Notes: a model not told the origin generated them from the sequence alone. Numbered from the whole stretch's first letter, positions 1 through 12,932 are shown. The stretch: DNA of 63,784 bases, filler included, from Octopus bimaculoides (GCF_001194135.2; 5 parts of 4 records of this genome joined end to end with filler, not necessarily neighbours in it), one strand, 5' to 3'. Numbers and translations: made by a program.

Positions 1-41
1 TTATCTGGGAATTTTACCTGAGATAGGCCAGTGTCCTTCCT

Positions 42-185
42 ATGTTTCAAAGGGCCAGCTTTATCACACTGAATCTCTCGTGTCTGTGGAGTGCTCAGCC
101 ACTTGCATGTTAATTTCACAAGCAGGCTGTTCCGTCGATTGGATATCAACTGGAACCCTCATTGTCGTAACCAACGGAGTGCCAG
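42..185 (+). mobile_element. SINE family C, 3' half
   Basis: Tail motif GTGTCTGTGGAGTGCTCAGCCACTTGCATGTTAATTTCACAAGCAGGCTGTTCC matches the tail of the full-length copy at 23317-23703. Confidence 0.75.
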
Positions 186-697
186 TTTTTTCTGTTTTGT
201 ATACATGAGCAGGGAGTTCTAATGCATTGTATTGCATAAGTGATTAAAGCACCAGTCTTGTTATTAAAAAAATTTTTTTTTTTTTTTTCCATATATCAAT
301 AGGAGCAATAATCATTCAAGCGGAAAACCAGTATCCATTTATTATGTGTGCAAGCTGTGCACCCTTTATTTTCAGTTCACTCCCTGCAAAGAAATAATGC
401 TGTTGCCATCTTTTGTGTTGCTTTTGTCAAGAGAGGAGAGGGGAAAGGAGAAGAAGTAGACCAAATTCTACCCATCAGGCCATTCGTTCATTGAAAAGCT
501 ATGAACCTTGTTGAAAGCCCCACTCATTTGCGCTAAGTGTTTGGTCCAAGCTGCTTCCCTTGATCAACAATTTGTGATGGATGGCCACCACAGAAGTTCA
601 TCTTCTGGTCCCCTTCTCTCTCTCTCTCTCTCTCCCTCCCTTCTTTTATATTCATTTTCATTCTTTACATTATGGAGTCAAAGTNNNNNNNNNNATT

Positions 698-835
698 CTA
701 GGTTCAGTCCTATGATGTTCACCTTGGGCAAGTGTCTTCTATTATAGCCTCATGTCAGCCAAAACCTTGTAAGTGGATTTAGATGGAACCTGAAAGAAGC
801 CCATTGTGTGTGTGTGTGTGTGTGCGTGTGTGCTG

Positions 836-866
<31 letters not shown>

Positions 867-1092
867 TGAGTGCATGTGTGGTGTCTGTGTCTGTCCCTCA
901 TCCACTACATGACAACCGGTGTTAGTGTATTTACATCCCCATAACTTAGCAGTTCGGCAAAACAGACTGATAGAATAAGTATCAGGCTTAGAAAAGAAAT
1001 AAGTCCTGGGTTTGATTCATTCGACTCAAATATCCTGAAGGTGGTGCCCCAGCATGGCCACAGTCTAATGACTGAAACAAGTAAAAGATAAA
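698..1092 (+). mobile_element. SINE family B (tRNA-derived, internal (GT)n), 5' end cut by small gap
   Basis: CCTTGGGCAAGTGTCTTCTATTATAGCC ... GAAAGAAGCCC-(GT)n ... CCCCAGCATGGCCACAGTC; same layout as 39858-40268. Confidence 0.8.
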
Positions 1093-1120
1093 ATATGAAA
1101 AGAAAGTTATTGCAGGGGTA

Positions 1121-1405
1121 GGGGGTTGCGTGGCTGAGTGGTTAAGAAGATTGACTTGCAACTGCAAAGCTGTAGGTTCAATCCTATTGCTTGCTGTCTT
1201 GGACTGATGTTATTTTCTGTTGCTTAAACTTGCTCCATACCTTGTGAGTTAATGAGAACTGTACCACAGCCCACCAGGTGTACCATACCTGTAATTCCAA
1301 CGGTCCAACTGTGATTTCTACCTGAGAATTACTTTAAGGTTACCTGTGTCTGTGGAGCAATCCTTCACTTCACATCAATTCAGGGGCCTTGTTATCATCA
1401 GTTAA
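1121..1405 (+). mobile_element. Diverged SINE family C copy
   Basis: tRNA-like head (TGGCTGAGTGGTTAAG ... GGTTCAATCC) and tail GTGTCTGTGGAG. Confidence 0.55.
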
Positions 1406-1885
1406 TCTCTATTTTCCATGCTGGATGGTTTGACAAGAGCTGGCAAACCAGAGAACTGCACCAGGCTCTAGTTGTCTGTTTTGGCAAGGATTCTGTGGCT
1501 GGATGCCCTTCATAATGCCGACCACTTTACAGAGTGTGGACTGAGTGCTTGTTATATGGTGCAAGTGCAGGTGCTTGTTATTTGACACTAGCACCAGTGC
1601 TTTGAGGGTATTTTGGCTGCTGTTTCTTATATTTTGGACAATTAATTAGAGGTTGTCATGGTGACGGGCTACAGAATTAGTAAAATGTTGGAGAAAATAC
1701 ATTCCTTTAGATTTTGAGGAAACCTCTTGCATTGACTTTGACCTTTTATCATTCTAAAGAGACAAAATAAGTTCCACCCAAACTACCGAGGAAATTGTAA
1801 GTCCTTGTCTCCCTTCATGAGAAATCTGTGGCCTTGCACTGACCACTGGCAGAAGCAATGTTTATTTTTTTGGTTTTTGATCCAG

Positions 1886-1888
<3 letters not shown>

Positions 1889-1929
<41 letters not shown>

Positions 1930-2016
1930 ACGTGCGTGCGCATGCATGCACGCCTATCTATCTATCTATCTATCTACCTGTTTATCTACCTATCTACCTG
2001 TCTATCTATCTATCTA

Positions 2017-2050
<34 letters not shown>

Positions 2051-2062
2051 CATATATATACG

Positions 2063-2099
<37 letters not shown>

Positions 2100-2190
2100 C
2101 ATACATATATATGATGTGTATATATACATACAGATACACAAACACACACATATCTGTATTATGTATATGTGTGTGTGTGTGTGTGTTTAG
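1889..2190. repeat. Compound microsatellite (GT)n/(TATC)n/(TA)n
   Basis: Directly visible; explains the VC/YI ORFs in the track. Confidence 0.95.
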
Positions 2191-2503
2191 GCATGTACGA
2201 TATATGTATGTCTACAAAATCTGAAATTTCTAATCATTATCTTTTACATGTCTAACCAACAGCATAAAATAGCTTTATTGAAACACTTAGAAATGGGTGT
2301 CCGATGTTGGTGGGTGTATATAAAATATTCAAGAGCAGTGTGGTAGTGGTGGTGGTGGTGGTGGTAACGATGGTGGTGGTGGTATTGTTAGTGGTGGGGG
2401 GAGAATGGAAATTTGTTTGGGTTCTTAATGTTGCTGTAAGATTGTTTGGAGCATATTGTGCACAACAATAGTTGTATGGGTTTACATATTTTCTCACAAC
2501 AGC

Positions 2504-2571
2504 AGTAATAATAATAATAATAAATAATAATAATAATGATAATAATAATAATAATAATAATAATCATAATC

Positions 2572-2618
<47 letters not shown>

Positions 2619-2620
2619 TG
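2504..2620. repeat. (AAT)n microsatellite
   Basis: Directly visible. Confidence 0.95.
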
Positions 2621-2676
2621 ACTGCAGTTGGGTGTTGGCTGAAGATTCAGTCACAAGAGAAGTATCAGAGCATAAG

Positions 2677-3025
2677 TGTGTGTGTGTGTGTGTGTGTATG
2701 CAGTGAAGGTGTATGTGTGTGTATACAGTGAGAATGTGTGTGTGTGCTTGTGTGTGTGCACAGTGAGAATATGTATGTGTGTGTGTGCAGTGAGGGTGTG
2801 TGTGTGTGTATGTGCAGTGAGAATGTTTGTGTGTGTGCGCACAGTGAGAATATGTGTGTGCTTGTGTGTGTGCAGTGAGTGTGTGTGTGTGTGTGTGTGC
2901 TTGTGTGTTTGCAATGAGGGTGTGTGTGTGTGTAGTGAGAGTGCGTGTATGTGTGCAGTGAGGGTGTGTGCGTGTGTACATGCATGGGTGTGTTTGTGTG
3001 TGTGTGTGTATGTGTGTGTGTGTAG
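2677..3025. repeat. (GT)n array punctuated about 10 times by CAGTGAG
   Basis: CAGTGA(G) recurs every 22-38 nt between about 2701 and 2962. Confidence 0.85.
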
Positions 3026-3393
3026 CATGGCCAAATAGTTAAGAAGTTGATTTTGCTATCCCAAGGCTTTGGGTTCAATCCTGCCCAACATCACCTTGAC
3101 TTGACCTTGTTAGTGGAATTAGGGGTGGATTCAGGGTAGATTCTACTTGTAATTGTATCTGAGTGATTGAGCCAGCCTTGTCAACTCCCCCCCCCCACAC
3201 ACTGTGTCATGTTGGCTCTGCTTGACGATTGCATTAAGGGTGCACAGCATGTGACCATGGAATACTCAACCACTTATACGCACAGTTCAGTTGATTGAAA
3301 AACTAAATGATCATTATTGATAAGCATCGATAGAGATCCATTTTACACTCATACAAACACACACACACACACACACACAGATTTATATATGTG

Positions 3394-3394
<1 letters not shown>

Positions 3395-3431
<37 letters not shown>

Positions 3432-3509
3432 TGGCAGAAGTTCCAAAGTGATTCAAGGATTGACAGTTTCATGTATGGCATGCACAAAACTTTGTAACTT
3501 TTGCTGATG

Positions 3510-3541
<32 letters not shown>

Positions 3542-3628
3542 GATTATGATAATAATAATAATGATGATTATGATAATAATAATAATAATAATGATAATAA
3601 TGATAATAATGATAATAATAAGAATGAT

Positions 3629-3664
<36 letters not shown>

Positions 3665-3665
3665 C
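3395..3665. repeat. (TAT)n and (AAT/GAT)n microsatellites
   Basis: Directly visible; source of the poly-Ile ORFs. Confidence 0.95.
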
Positions 3666-3674
3666 CTATCTGCT

Positions 3675-3872
3675 GGAGGCACAAAGGCCTCAAATGTGGT
3701 AAGGTGGGGACTAGTTGATTACATCGACTCCAGTGTCTCACTGGTACTTAATTTATCGACCTTGAAAGGATGAAAGGCAAAGTCAACCCCGGCGGAATTT
3801 GAACTCAGCGTAGCGATGGGTGAAATATCTATCAGTAAGCGTTTTATCCAGTGTGCTAACGATTCTGCCAGC
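3675..3872 (-). mobile_element. SINE family A (tRNA-derived, head AGCTGGCAGAA)
   Basis: Reverse complement of the 27058-27253 copy, with B-box-like GAGTTCAAATTCC. Further copies at about 9050-9225, 9345-9550, 20005-20185, 20250-20460, 41845-42020 and 53295-53463. Confidence 0.85.
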
Positions 3873-3893
3873 TTAATAAAAATAATAATGATG

Positions 3894-3925
<32 letters not shown>

Positions 3926-5719
3926 TTCTTTATTAACCACAAGGGTTTACATTAAGAAAAACATTGTGGACACACCTTTAGTGTGTGTTGCAATTAGTCG
4001 GGATTTGCTAATTGACGACTTGCTAATCGTCAGGTAGGTGTGTGTCGGGTATGATTGAAGGGTAAATAAAAAAGCTAGCTAAAAGTGGGTGTGGCAAGTT
4101 GGTGTCTGGAGTGAATGTCTTTGTCGACTCAGGTTGACTCTGGTTGACTCTGACCACCACCACACCATCATGGAATGGGCGAGGTGGGTGGAGAGCAGTT
4201 GATGTGAGTGTTGGTGTTTGTATGTAGTGGTGGCCTGATAGTGATTGTAGAAGACCTACAATCACAGACATTCCAGCCACGACCTTCTCCTCTTACAGTA
4301 TATCCACAACTAAATTGTTCACTACATCCTTATTCTTTGTTTTCCTACCAGTAGGGTGTGACCTAACGAAGATTTAGCTGCTATTTTTAGCAGGTTGAGG
4401 GAATCCTATATACATGGCTTCTGATAACAGCTGGGATGTGGTGGTGATGGTGGTGATGAGGATAGTAGTCATGGTGATGGTGAGCGTTGTTGTCATGGTG
4501 ATGGTGGTAGTTGTTATAGTAGTGGCTGTAGTGTCAGTGGTGGTGGTGGTTGCAGCAGCTGTTGTTGTAGTATAGACACATTGCTCCACCGTTTTTGACT
4601 CTCAGAAGAAAATGGCGGAGTCAGGGAGCATGGTGGTGGTGGTGGTGNNNNNNNNNNNNNNNNNNNNNNNNNNNNNNNNNNNNNNNNNNNNNNNNNNNNN
4701 NNNNNNNNNNNNNNNNNNNNNNNNNNNNNNNNNNNNNNNNNNNNNNNNNNNNNNNNNNNNNNNNNNNNNNNNNNNNNNNNNNNNNNNNNNNNNNNNNNNN
4801 NNNNNNNNNNNNNNNNNNNNNNNNNNNNNNNNNNNNNNNNNNNNNNNNNNNNNNNNNNNNNNNNNNNNNNNNNNNNNNNNNNNNNNNNNNNNNNNNNNNN
4901 NNNGGGAGGGCAGGACAGGGACCTGGAGAGCTGGGAGTCGAGGTGGTGGGGTAGAGGGTTCATTGGACAGCTAATGATTGTGCAGACTGGGCCTTCGACG
5001 ATGAGGATGGGGGTGGGGGTGGGGTTGTCTGGACAGTAAAATCTGGACAAACAAATAGATAGGTAGACAGATAGACATACCATCTGTTTTATGAGAAACA
5101 TCTACGAAATGTGGTGGTGGTGGCGGTGGTGAGAGGTGGGTCCCAGTATTGAGGAAGTGGATAATGGTGTTTATGATGATGGTGGTGATGATGTTGATGA
5201 TGGCTGTGGTGGTCTCGGGTTAGGGGTTGATGATTGACTCTCCAAGTCAGCGCCCTGACCAAGCAGAGGTGATTGAAAACATTTTTTAGCTAAGTCTATG
5301 GTTAAATTCATTTTTTCTTTTAAGCAATGTAGCAGTGTATCTTGGATAATACTAACCAACGTGTCCTTTTTTTTTTTAAAAGAAAAAAGGGTGTGTCCTT
5401 GTGTAAAATGTGGGTATTTGGCTGCTGTTTCTAACAGGTGGAACAACCATACAAAGTCCACTTTGGTGGTGGTGGTTGGTGGGTGAAGTTATCCAAAGGA
5501 GAGAGAGGTGGAGCTTAATGGTGGTGGTAGGAGGAATAAGGAATGAGTTAGTTGATGGTGTGGTGGTGGTGGTGGTAAGCAGGAGGTTTGAAAGAAGGAA
5601 GTTGGAGGGAGACTCAGAGAGGGAGGGGGAGCAATTAGGAAAAGAGAGGGAAAGGAGGAAAGAAAATTAGTGAGAAAGAGAGGCAGAAGTTGATAGCAGG
5701 TGGTGGGAGGAGAGAGAGA

Positions 5720-5969
5720 GAGAGGATAAGAAATGAGAGTGAGGGGAGGCCAGGTAGCTAGTAAAGAGTGTGAGAGAAGGTCAGGGAGAATATATTTATG
5801 AGTAGAGAGAGTGAGAGAGAGAGAGAGAGACAAAAAGAGAGAAGTGGTGGAGGAGGAGGAGAGATTGAGAGGGTGAGTGAGAGCGCCATAGAGAGGATGA
5901 GAAATGAGAGTGAGGGGAGGCAGGTAGCAACTAGAGAGGGAGAGAGAAGGTCAGAGAAAATATATTTAT

Positions 5970-6005
<36 letters not shown>

Positions 6006-6030
6006 AAGAAGTGGTGAGGAGAGGAGGAGG
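5720..6030. repeat. Diverged tandem duplication of a GA-rich unit of about 170 bp
   Basis: GAGAGGAT(A/G)AGAAATGAGAGTGAGGGGAGG ... ATATATTTATGAG occurs at 5721 and 5891. Confidence 0.8.
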
Positions 6031-6825
6031 AGGTTGCTTGGTTGGCAACTCTGATAAAAGGAAGAAGATAAAAGCTGGTCTTTATTGGCAGTGGAAAATA
6101 TGTTTATCATTTTCTGTGAGTGGCAGGCAGCGACATGTTGATNNNNNNNNNNNNNNNNNNNNNNNNNNNNNNNNNNNNNNNNNNNNNNNNNNNNNNNNNN
6201 NNNNNNNNNNNNNNNNNNNNNNNNNNNNNNNNNNNNNNNNNNNNNNNNNNNNNNNNNNNNNNNNNNNNNNNNNNNNNNNNNNNNNNNNNNNNNNNNNNNN
6301 NNNNNNNNNNNNNNNNNNNNNNNNNNNNNNNNNNNNNNNNNNNNNNNNNNNNNNNNNNNNNNNNNNNNNNNNNNNNNNNNNNNNNNNNNNNNNNNNNNNN
6401 NNNNNNNNNNNNNNNNNNNNNNNNNNNNNNNNNNNNNNNNNNNNNNNNNNNNNNNNNNNNNNNNNNNNNNNNNNNNNNNNNNNNNNNNNNNNNNNNNNNN
6501 NNNNNNNNNNNNNNNNNNNNNNNNNNNNNNNNNNNNNNNNNNNNNNNNNNNNNNNNNNNNNNNNNNNNNNNNNNNNNNNNNNNNNNNNNNNNNNNNNNNN
6601 NNNNNNNNNNNNNNNNNNNNNNNNNNNNNNNNNNNNNNNNNNNNNNNNNNNNNNNNNNNNNNNNNNNNNNNCCCCGTAACTTAGCGGCTCGGCAAAAAGA
6701 GACCGATTGAATAAGTACTAGGCTTACAAAGAATAAGCCCTGGGGTCGATTTTCTCGACTAAAGGCGGTGCTCCAGCATGGCCGCAGTCAAATGATTGAA
6801 ACAATTAAACGAGTAAACGAGAATG

Positions 6826-6856
<31 letters not shown>

Positions 6857-7209
6857 CAACCAAATTATATGCTTCATATTATATTGATATTCAAGCGTTA
6901 TATTGTTTATGAGGTCGTACGCACACACACACACACACACACATACACACACGAATGCATATATCTAAAAAAATAAAAGAATATATATTTATATGGTAGG
7001 CTTCTTTAAGCTTTTAGCATTTAAACCAACCAACCATATCCGTCCCAAATATTCTAGTTTTATGTTCAAATTGGCCAGCTTTGGCCTCTTGCACATATCC
7101 TACAATGTCATTCTAAGAATAAAGAATCACGTCTTGAACATCTGAAAGCTACGAGATAATGCATGATTAATCCTTGGATCGTAGGGACAGCAAATAAAAT
7201 GAGTCCACA

Positions 7210-7685
7210 GCTGTAACCTACACCAGTGTCAGTCACATAACCAGCCGACTCAAAAGTACCTTGGATCGCAGGGCAACATGCCGTGTTTGAGGAGACCTAT
7301 TGAGTCAAATACATCAACAGCAATATCAAAATCAAATCAAATGGAAATTGTAGTTGTGACCCCTGTGCCGGTAGCACGTAGAAAGCACCATCTGAATGTG
7401 GCTGATGCCAGTGCCACTTCGAGTGGCTTCCGTGCTGGTGGCACATAAAAAGCACCATCTGATCATGGTCGATGCCAGCTCCTCTGGCCCCTGTGCTGGT
7501 GGCATGTAAAACGCACCCACTACACACTCAGAGTGGTTGACGTTAGGAAGGGCATCCAGCTGTAGAAACACTGCCTGATCAGACTGGGGCTTGGTGCAGC
7601 CTCCTGGCTTCCCAGACCCCAGTTGAACCGTCCAACCCATGCCAGCATGGAAAACGGACGTTAAACAATGCTGATGATGATGATG
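7210..7685 (+). mobile_element. Family D repeat (RTE-like 3' tail ending in (GAT)n)
   Basis: GGAAGGGCATCCAGCTGTAGAAAC ... CGTCCAACCCATGCCAGCATGGAAAACGGACGTTAAAC-(GAT)n. The same tail ends the RTE fragment at 19447. Other copies at about 1410-1600 (-), 13760-13960, 18095-18270, 19255-19415, 26258-26390 and 45440-45640. Confidence 0.8.
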
Positions 7686-9562
7686 AATGCGACAAAAGAA
7701 GCTTTACATTTGTCAGAGTAATCTGAATGATAAAGAGTTTAAGTTTCTGTGTATTGTATCTGCTCAGAAGGGTTTGGTCAGCCTAGGGCTATAGAAGAAG
7801 AAGCTTTGCCCAAAGTGCCGTGCAGTGGGACTGAACTCCAAGCCATGAGGTTGGAAAGTAAGCTTCTTAACCACACAGTCACACCTGCATGTCATGCCAG
7901 GGTCTGGTTGTGTGTGTGCGTGTGTGTGGGGGGTTAGAGAAACTGCTGGGATCAATGTTAATTGGTTAAATGGACCTGAAAGGTAGTGGTGCCCCAGCAT
8001 GGCCACAGTTCAATGACTAAAAGCAATGAAAGAACACAAGAAAAAAAAAGAGAGCTGCAGACAACTTTTATTTGTGCGTGCACACACACACACACATGCA
8101 CACACACACACATACATACATGCATGCACACATATGCACACACACACACACACACACGCACGTACACATGCACACAGACACACATGCACACATGGACACA
8201 CACACATGGACACACACACACACACACATGCACACACACACACACATATGCATGCACAGATGCACCATTGTAAATGTGTGTGTGTCTGTTTGCATGTAGT
8301 CTATGTCCTCCTTTCCCATGTCTGTATGTGTGTTTGTGTGTGTGTATGTGTTTGTAAATGTGTATGTGTCTGTATATTTGTGTGTGTGTGTGTGCACAAA
8401 TAAAATCCTGGGTGAAGCTGTTAGCATCTGTTACACACCACCACCAGAAGATATTTCACCAATACAGATCAATATTTATCAGACAGCAAACAACTTGATT
8501 CAGTGCTGTTTTATTTCTTCCTCTTCTGTCTCTTTCTGACTTCCCATCACTACAAATACGAAACCTCTACCTGGTTGCTTGACGTGCTAGAAATAACAAC
8601 TACATTTTCCAAGGAAATGACATTGGAATCTCTATGTAGTCACACTGACCCCTAAAATAGATGGTATGGTCATAAATGGGATGCTTTCACCAAGTCTGGT
8701 CTGACCTAAGGTTCACCACCACCCTAACCCTAACCCACCACCACCACCGCCTTATTACAGCTTGTTTCTAGTAATCAATATAGACCCTCCCCCATCCCCC
8801 CACTTCCTCTGTTGTGGTTAAGGTTTCAATTTGTATTGAATCCATTATTGGCTGCTTGGGACAGTTGACACCTCTCACCTGCAGAAGTAACGTCATGACC
8901 TTCTCAATGGAAAATGAAGAGAACAAAAAGAAAGGAATAAAGAAGAATGGTGGTGGTAGTGGTGGTGGTGGTCGTAGTAGCACTTGAAGAAGAAGAAGAA
9001 ATACTGGCAATATTTCAGTCCTCCTCAAACTCATAATAATTTAAAATTTTAGCACAAGGCCAGCAATTTTCATTGACCCCCAGTACATGATTGGTACTTT
9101 ATTTTATTGATCCCCCAAAAGGATGAAAGACAAAGTTGGAACTTGGTAGAGTTTGAACTTGGAACATAAAGATGGACAAAATGCTGCTAAGTATTTTGTC
9201 TCACATGCTAACGATTCTGCCAGCTCCCTGCATTATTAATAATAATGACAATAATAATGACAATGATAATAATAATAATTATGATAATAATAATGATAAT
9301 GATAATAATTATGATAATAATAATAATATTAATAATGATGGTTTCAAATTTTGCTACAAGGGCAGCCATTTTTGGGGGGAACGAACTAGTTGATCATATC
9401 AACCCGTGTTTCACTGGTACTTAATTTATCAACCCTAAAAGGATGAAAAGCAAAGTCATTTGGAGGAATTTGAACTCAGAACATTGGGATTGGCGAAATA
9501 CCGCTGAGCATTTTGTCCAGCGTTCTAATGATTCTACCAGCTAGCCGCCATAACTAACAATA

Positions 9563-9595
<33 letters not shown>

Positions 9596-10227
9596 CATGT
9601 GTCTGGTGTACCCTTATCAGATGGGTAGTCATGATGGGCATACTGGGTTTTGTATATTTTACCCCAGTGTCACTTTGATGGCATAAGTTGCTCTCTCTCA
9701 CTCAATAATGGTAATAATAATAATAATGATGATGATGATGATGATGTTTCTAATTTAGGCACAAGGCATTTTATAGGTGTGAAACCAATGGTCGCTCTAT
9801 AACTGGCCATAACTTTTGACTTCCTAAGAAATATACTTATTTTTTATCTTTTGCTTGTTTCAGTCATTTGACTATGGCCATCCTGGAGCACTGGCTTTAG
9901 ATATGTTATATATACAATTAATAATTTATTAGATTCATTTGATTCAAGGTATTTTAATATTAAGGACACCCAGTAAAGGTTGAGATCCACCCATCTGTGT
10001 ATATACTGTGTACAAATGCTTGCACATACCCACACATATACAGACATGTCCAAACACTTATGTATACATGTACATAAACACATCTACATAGACATATGTG
10101 TACATGAAATTATATACCCATACACACTAGCATCCAGTTTCACGATCCACTCTGAGTTCCAGATCCAACATAGGGAAGGTTTCAGGTGTGGTATTTACAT
10201 AAAGAAAGAACAGAAATTGGTTAAGGC

Positions 10228-10316
10228 TTCACTACAGCTGTTTCACACATGTTTTTTATTGATGAATAATATGATTACATTATGGCAAAAAAAAAAAAAT
10301 GTTTTCTTCAGGCGAA
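10228..10316 (-). ncRNA. Minimal type I hammerhead ribozyme motif, helix II degenerate
   Basis: Minus strand reads TTCGC-CTGAAGA-long A/T helix II-GAAACAGCTGTA-GTGAA. Helix I pairs TTCGC/GTGAA and helix III ACAGCTGT is palindromic. Confidence 0.55.
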
Positions 10317-10447
10317 TTAAAATTTAAACTTTGGTTCAGAGAAAAAAAATTACCAAGTTGTGGAATGTGGATTGACCCTGTCTTTTTGGCAACTAATAAA
10401 AAGTCAATTTGCATATTTTTGTCTCTGAGCCAAATTTTAAATTTTAA

Positions 10448-10537
10448 TTCATCCGGAGAAAATAGTTTTTCTTTTTTCAGGATGTAATCGTATTATTCAT
10501 AAAAAAAAAAAAACATGTCCGAAACAGCTGTAGTGAA
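10448..10537 (+). ncRNA. Hammerhead-like motif with mutated core
   Basis: TTCAT-CCGGAGA ... CATGTCC-GAAACAGCTGTA-GTGAA; the core deviates from CTGANGA. Confidence 0.4.
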
Positions 10538-10669
10538 ACCTTAACCTATTTGTGTTCTTTCTTTATATAAGAGAAAATATGTTTAATGAATTGTATTAAT
10601 TACATTAAATATTGTGAATTGCTTTTAAAATGCCTTAAGGCATGACTCTACAAATATATTTTGTGTGTG

Positions 10670-10742
<73 letters not shown>

Positions 10743-10811
10743 CCTGTGTATATGTGGGTGGTATTGAAATAAATATGAAGTAAATTACATAATAGCTATA
10801 TTACATAATAG

Positions 10812-10846
<35 letters not shown>

Positions 10847-11295
10847 TGGTTATACATATGTAATAGTTATATACATAATGGTTATATATATATTCAATTA
10901 TAAACCATTTTATCTTGATTAGAAGGGTAGGAGTGACACATACCTTCAGAAAAGCAGGCTTGAGCAAGGAGAGCAACTTACCTTGCCTTGCAGCACATCA
11001 TAGTGGCTGCTTCAAGAGTTGCAATGAATTTTGACATGTCCAACATTATTCCAGCATTTTATCCTCACGAGCATTGTATCTGTGGAGTGGAATTTAACCT
11101 ATTTCATTTGGTGCTAATATTTCATTAGTATCAACATGATGTGAATATGTGTGTGTGTGTGTGTGGGGGGGGTCATGTAGAATTATAAACAGCTTAGCTT
11201 GCTTTCTTTTAAATACAATGTCTCTATTATTATTATTACTTTGGTTTGGCTCAGGTTTGGTCTTGTTCTTGGTAGGATTTATGTGGGTATTAAGG

Positions 11296-11352
11296 TTACT
11301 ACCTGTAGGGTTACTACCTGTAGGATTACTACCTGTAGGGTTACTACCTGTA
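11296..11352. repeat. 15-bp tandem repeat (TTACTACCTGTAGG(G/A)) x3.8
   Basis: Units start at 11296, 11311, 11326 and 11341. Confidence 0.9.
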
Positions 11353-12661
11353 ACCTTAGGATAAGGTGACCACAAGTTTTCAGCAGTCTTTCAAGTGCTC
11401 ACAACCCTCTTGATACTACTACTACTACTACTACGTCTACCGTTTTGACGTGGTGCCCCCCCCCCTTTCGGAGGTGTCTTCAGCTCTGGTGTTGGGTGCA
11501 TGTCTTCTTTCACTGTTTGTGACTGTTCTAATTCAACTGTGGAATGTCCCTCGCTATGGTTATTCTCCAGGAGGTTCTGGCCACACGTCTTACGGTTTAT
11601 CAACCTGCGTTGTTGAATTACTTTCTTCCGACATACCTTCCCTTGGTGGANNNNNNNNNNNNNNNNNNNNNNNNNNNNNNNNNNNNNNNNNNNNNNNNNN
11701 NNNNNNNNNNNNNNNNNNNNNNNNNNNNNNNNNNNNNNNNNNNNNNNNNNNNNNNNNNNNNNNNNNNNNNNNNNNNNNNNNNNNNNNNNNNNNNNNNNNN
11801 NNNNNNNNNNNNNNNNNNNNNNNNNNNNNNNNNNNNNNNNNNNNNNNNNNNNNNNNNNNNNNNNNNNNNNNNNNNNNNNNNNNNNNNNNNNNNNNNNNNN
11901 NNNNNNNNNNNNNNNNNNNNNNNNNNNNNNNNNNNNNNNNNNNNNNNNNNNNNNNNNNNNNNNNNNNNNNNNNNNNNNNNNNNNNNNNNNNNNNNNNNNN
12001 NNNNNNNNNNNNNNNNNNNNNNNNNNNNNNNNNNNNNNNNNNNNNNNNNNNNNNNNNNNNNNNNNNNNNNNNNNNNNNNNNNNNNNNNNNNNNNNNNNNN
12101 NNNNNNNNNNNNNNNNNNNNNNNNNNNNNNNNNNNNNNNNNNNNNNNNNNNNNNNNNNNNNNNNNNNNNNNNNNNNNNNNNNNNNNNNNNNNNNNNNNNN
12201 NNNNNNNNNNNNNNNNNNNNNNNNNNNNNNNNNNNNNNNNNNNNNNNNNNNNNNNNNNNNNNNNNNNNNNNNNNNNNNNNNNNNNNNNNNNNNNNNNNNN
12301 NNNNNNNNNNNNNNNNNNNNNNNNNNNNNNNNNNNNNNNNNNNNNNNNNNNNNNNNNNNNNNNNNNNNNNNNNNNNNNNNNNNNNNNNNNNNNNNNNNNN
12401 NNNNNNNNNNNNNNNNNNNNNNNNNNNNNNNNNNNNNNNNNNNNNNNNNNNNNNNNNNNNNNNNNNNNNNNNNNNNNNNNNNNNNNNNNNNNNNNNNNNN
12501 NNNNNNNNNNNNNNNNNNNNNNNNNNNNNNNNNNNNNNATATATATATATATATATATACATATATATATGGGAGAATATATGAAAAAACAACAACAGAC
12601 GAGGACAGGTGGTGTAAATAACAAAAGGATGTATTAGTATGACGCTCGGGAATACGGAAAG

Positions 12662-12698
12662 TCTTTGACGTTTCGAGCTACACTCTTCAACAGAAAGA
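12662..12698 (-). ncRNA. Minimal type I hammerhead ribozyme motif with CUGUUGA core variant
   Basis: Minus strand reads TCTTT-CTGTTGA-A-GAGTGTAGCTC-GAAACGTC-AAAGA. Perfect 5-bp helix I, GAG/CTC helix II, ACGT palindrome and GUC triplet. Confidence 0.6.
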
Positions 12699-12932
12699 AT
12701 ACGGAGACAAGGAGAAAAACACGGAGAAAAAGAATTGAATAGTGTCCAGTCAACGGTCAATCATAATAATGGCTGATCATATATATATATACGATGATGA
12801 TGAGATTATAGTATATATTAGTTGATATATATATATAATTAATTCAATTATAGGATAAAATCTTTTACAAGAATGTATCAAGTAGCTAGCGTGAAAAAAC
12901 TTCATAAGGGAAAAATCATTTATTCCCCAAAA

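Larger units (their letters stand above)
10194..10570. mobile_element. Foldback (head-to-head inverted) repeat with hammerhead-like motifs, Penelope-like-element type
   Basis: 10194 to about 10378 is the reverse complement of about 10402-10570, with moderate divergence. Confidence 0.7.

Noticed and set aside
8784-8978. Plus frame ...MTFSMENEENKKKGIKKNGGGSGGGGRSST* and an opposing minus-strand donor
   Set aside because: No credible acceptor; largely low-complexity.
10994-11128. Possible exon HIIVAASRVAMNFDMSNIIPAFYPHEH after a good acceptor
   Set aside because: Only weak donors are available and the opposite strand gives an equally good stop-containing pattern; it cannot be linked to the 15775 exon.
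11435-11490. Minus-strand CTGAAGA ... AAAACGGTA resembling a hammerhead
   Set aside because: GAAA is absent and helix I does not pair.
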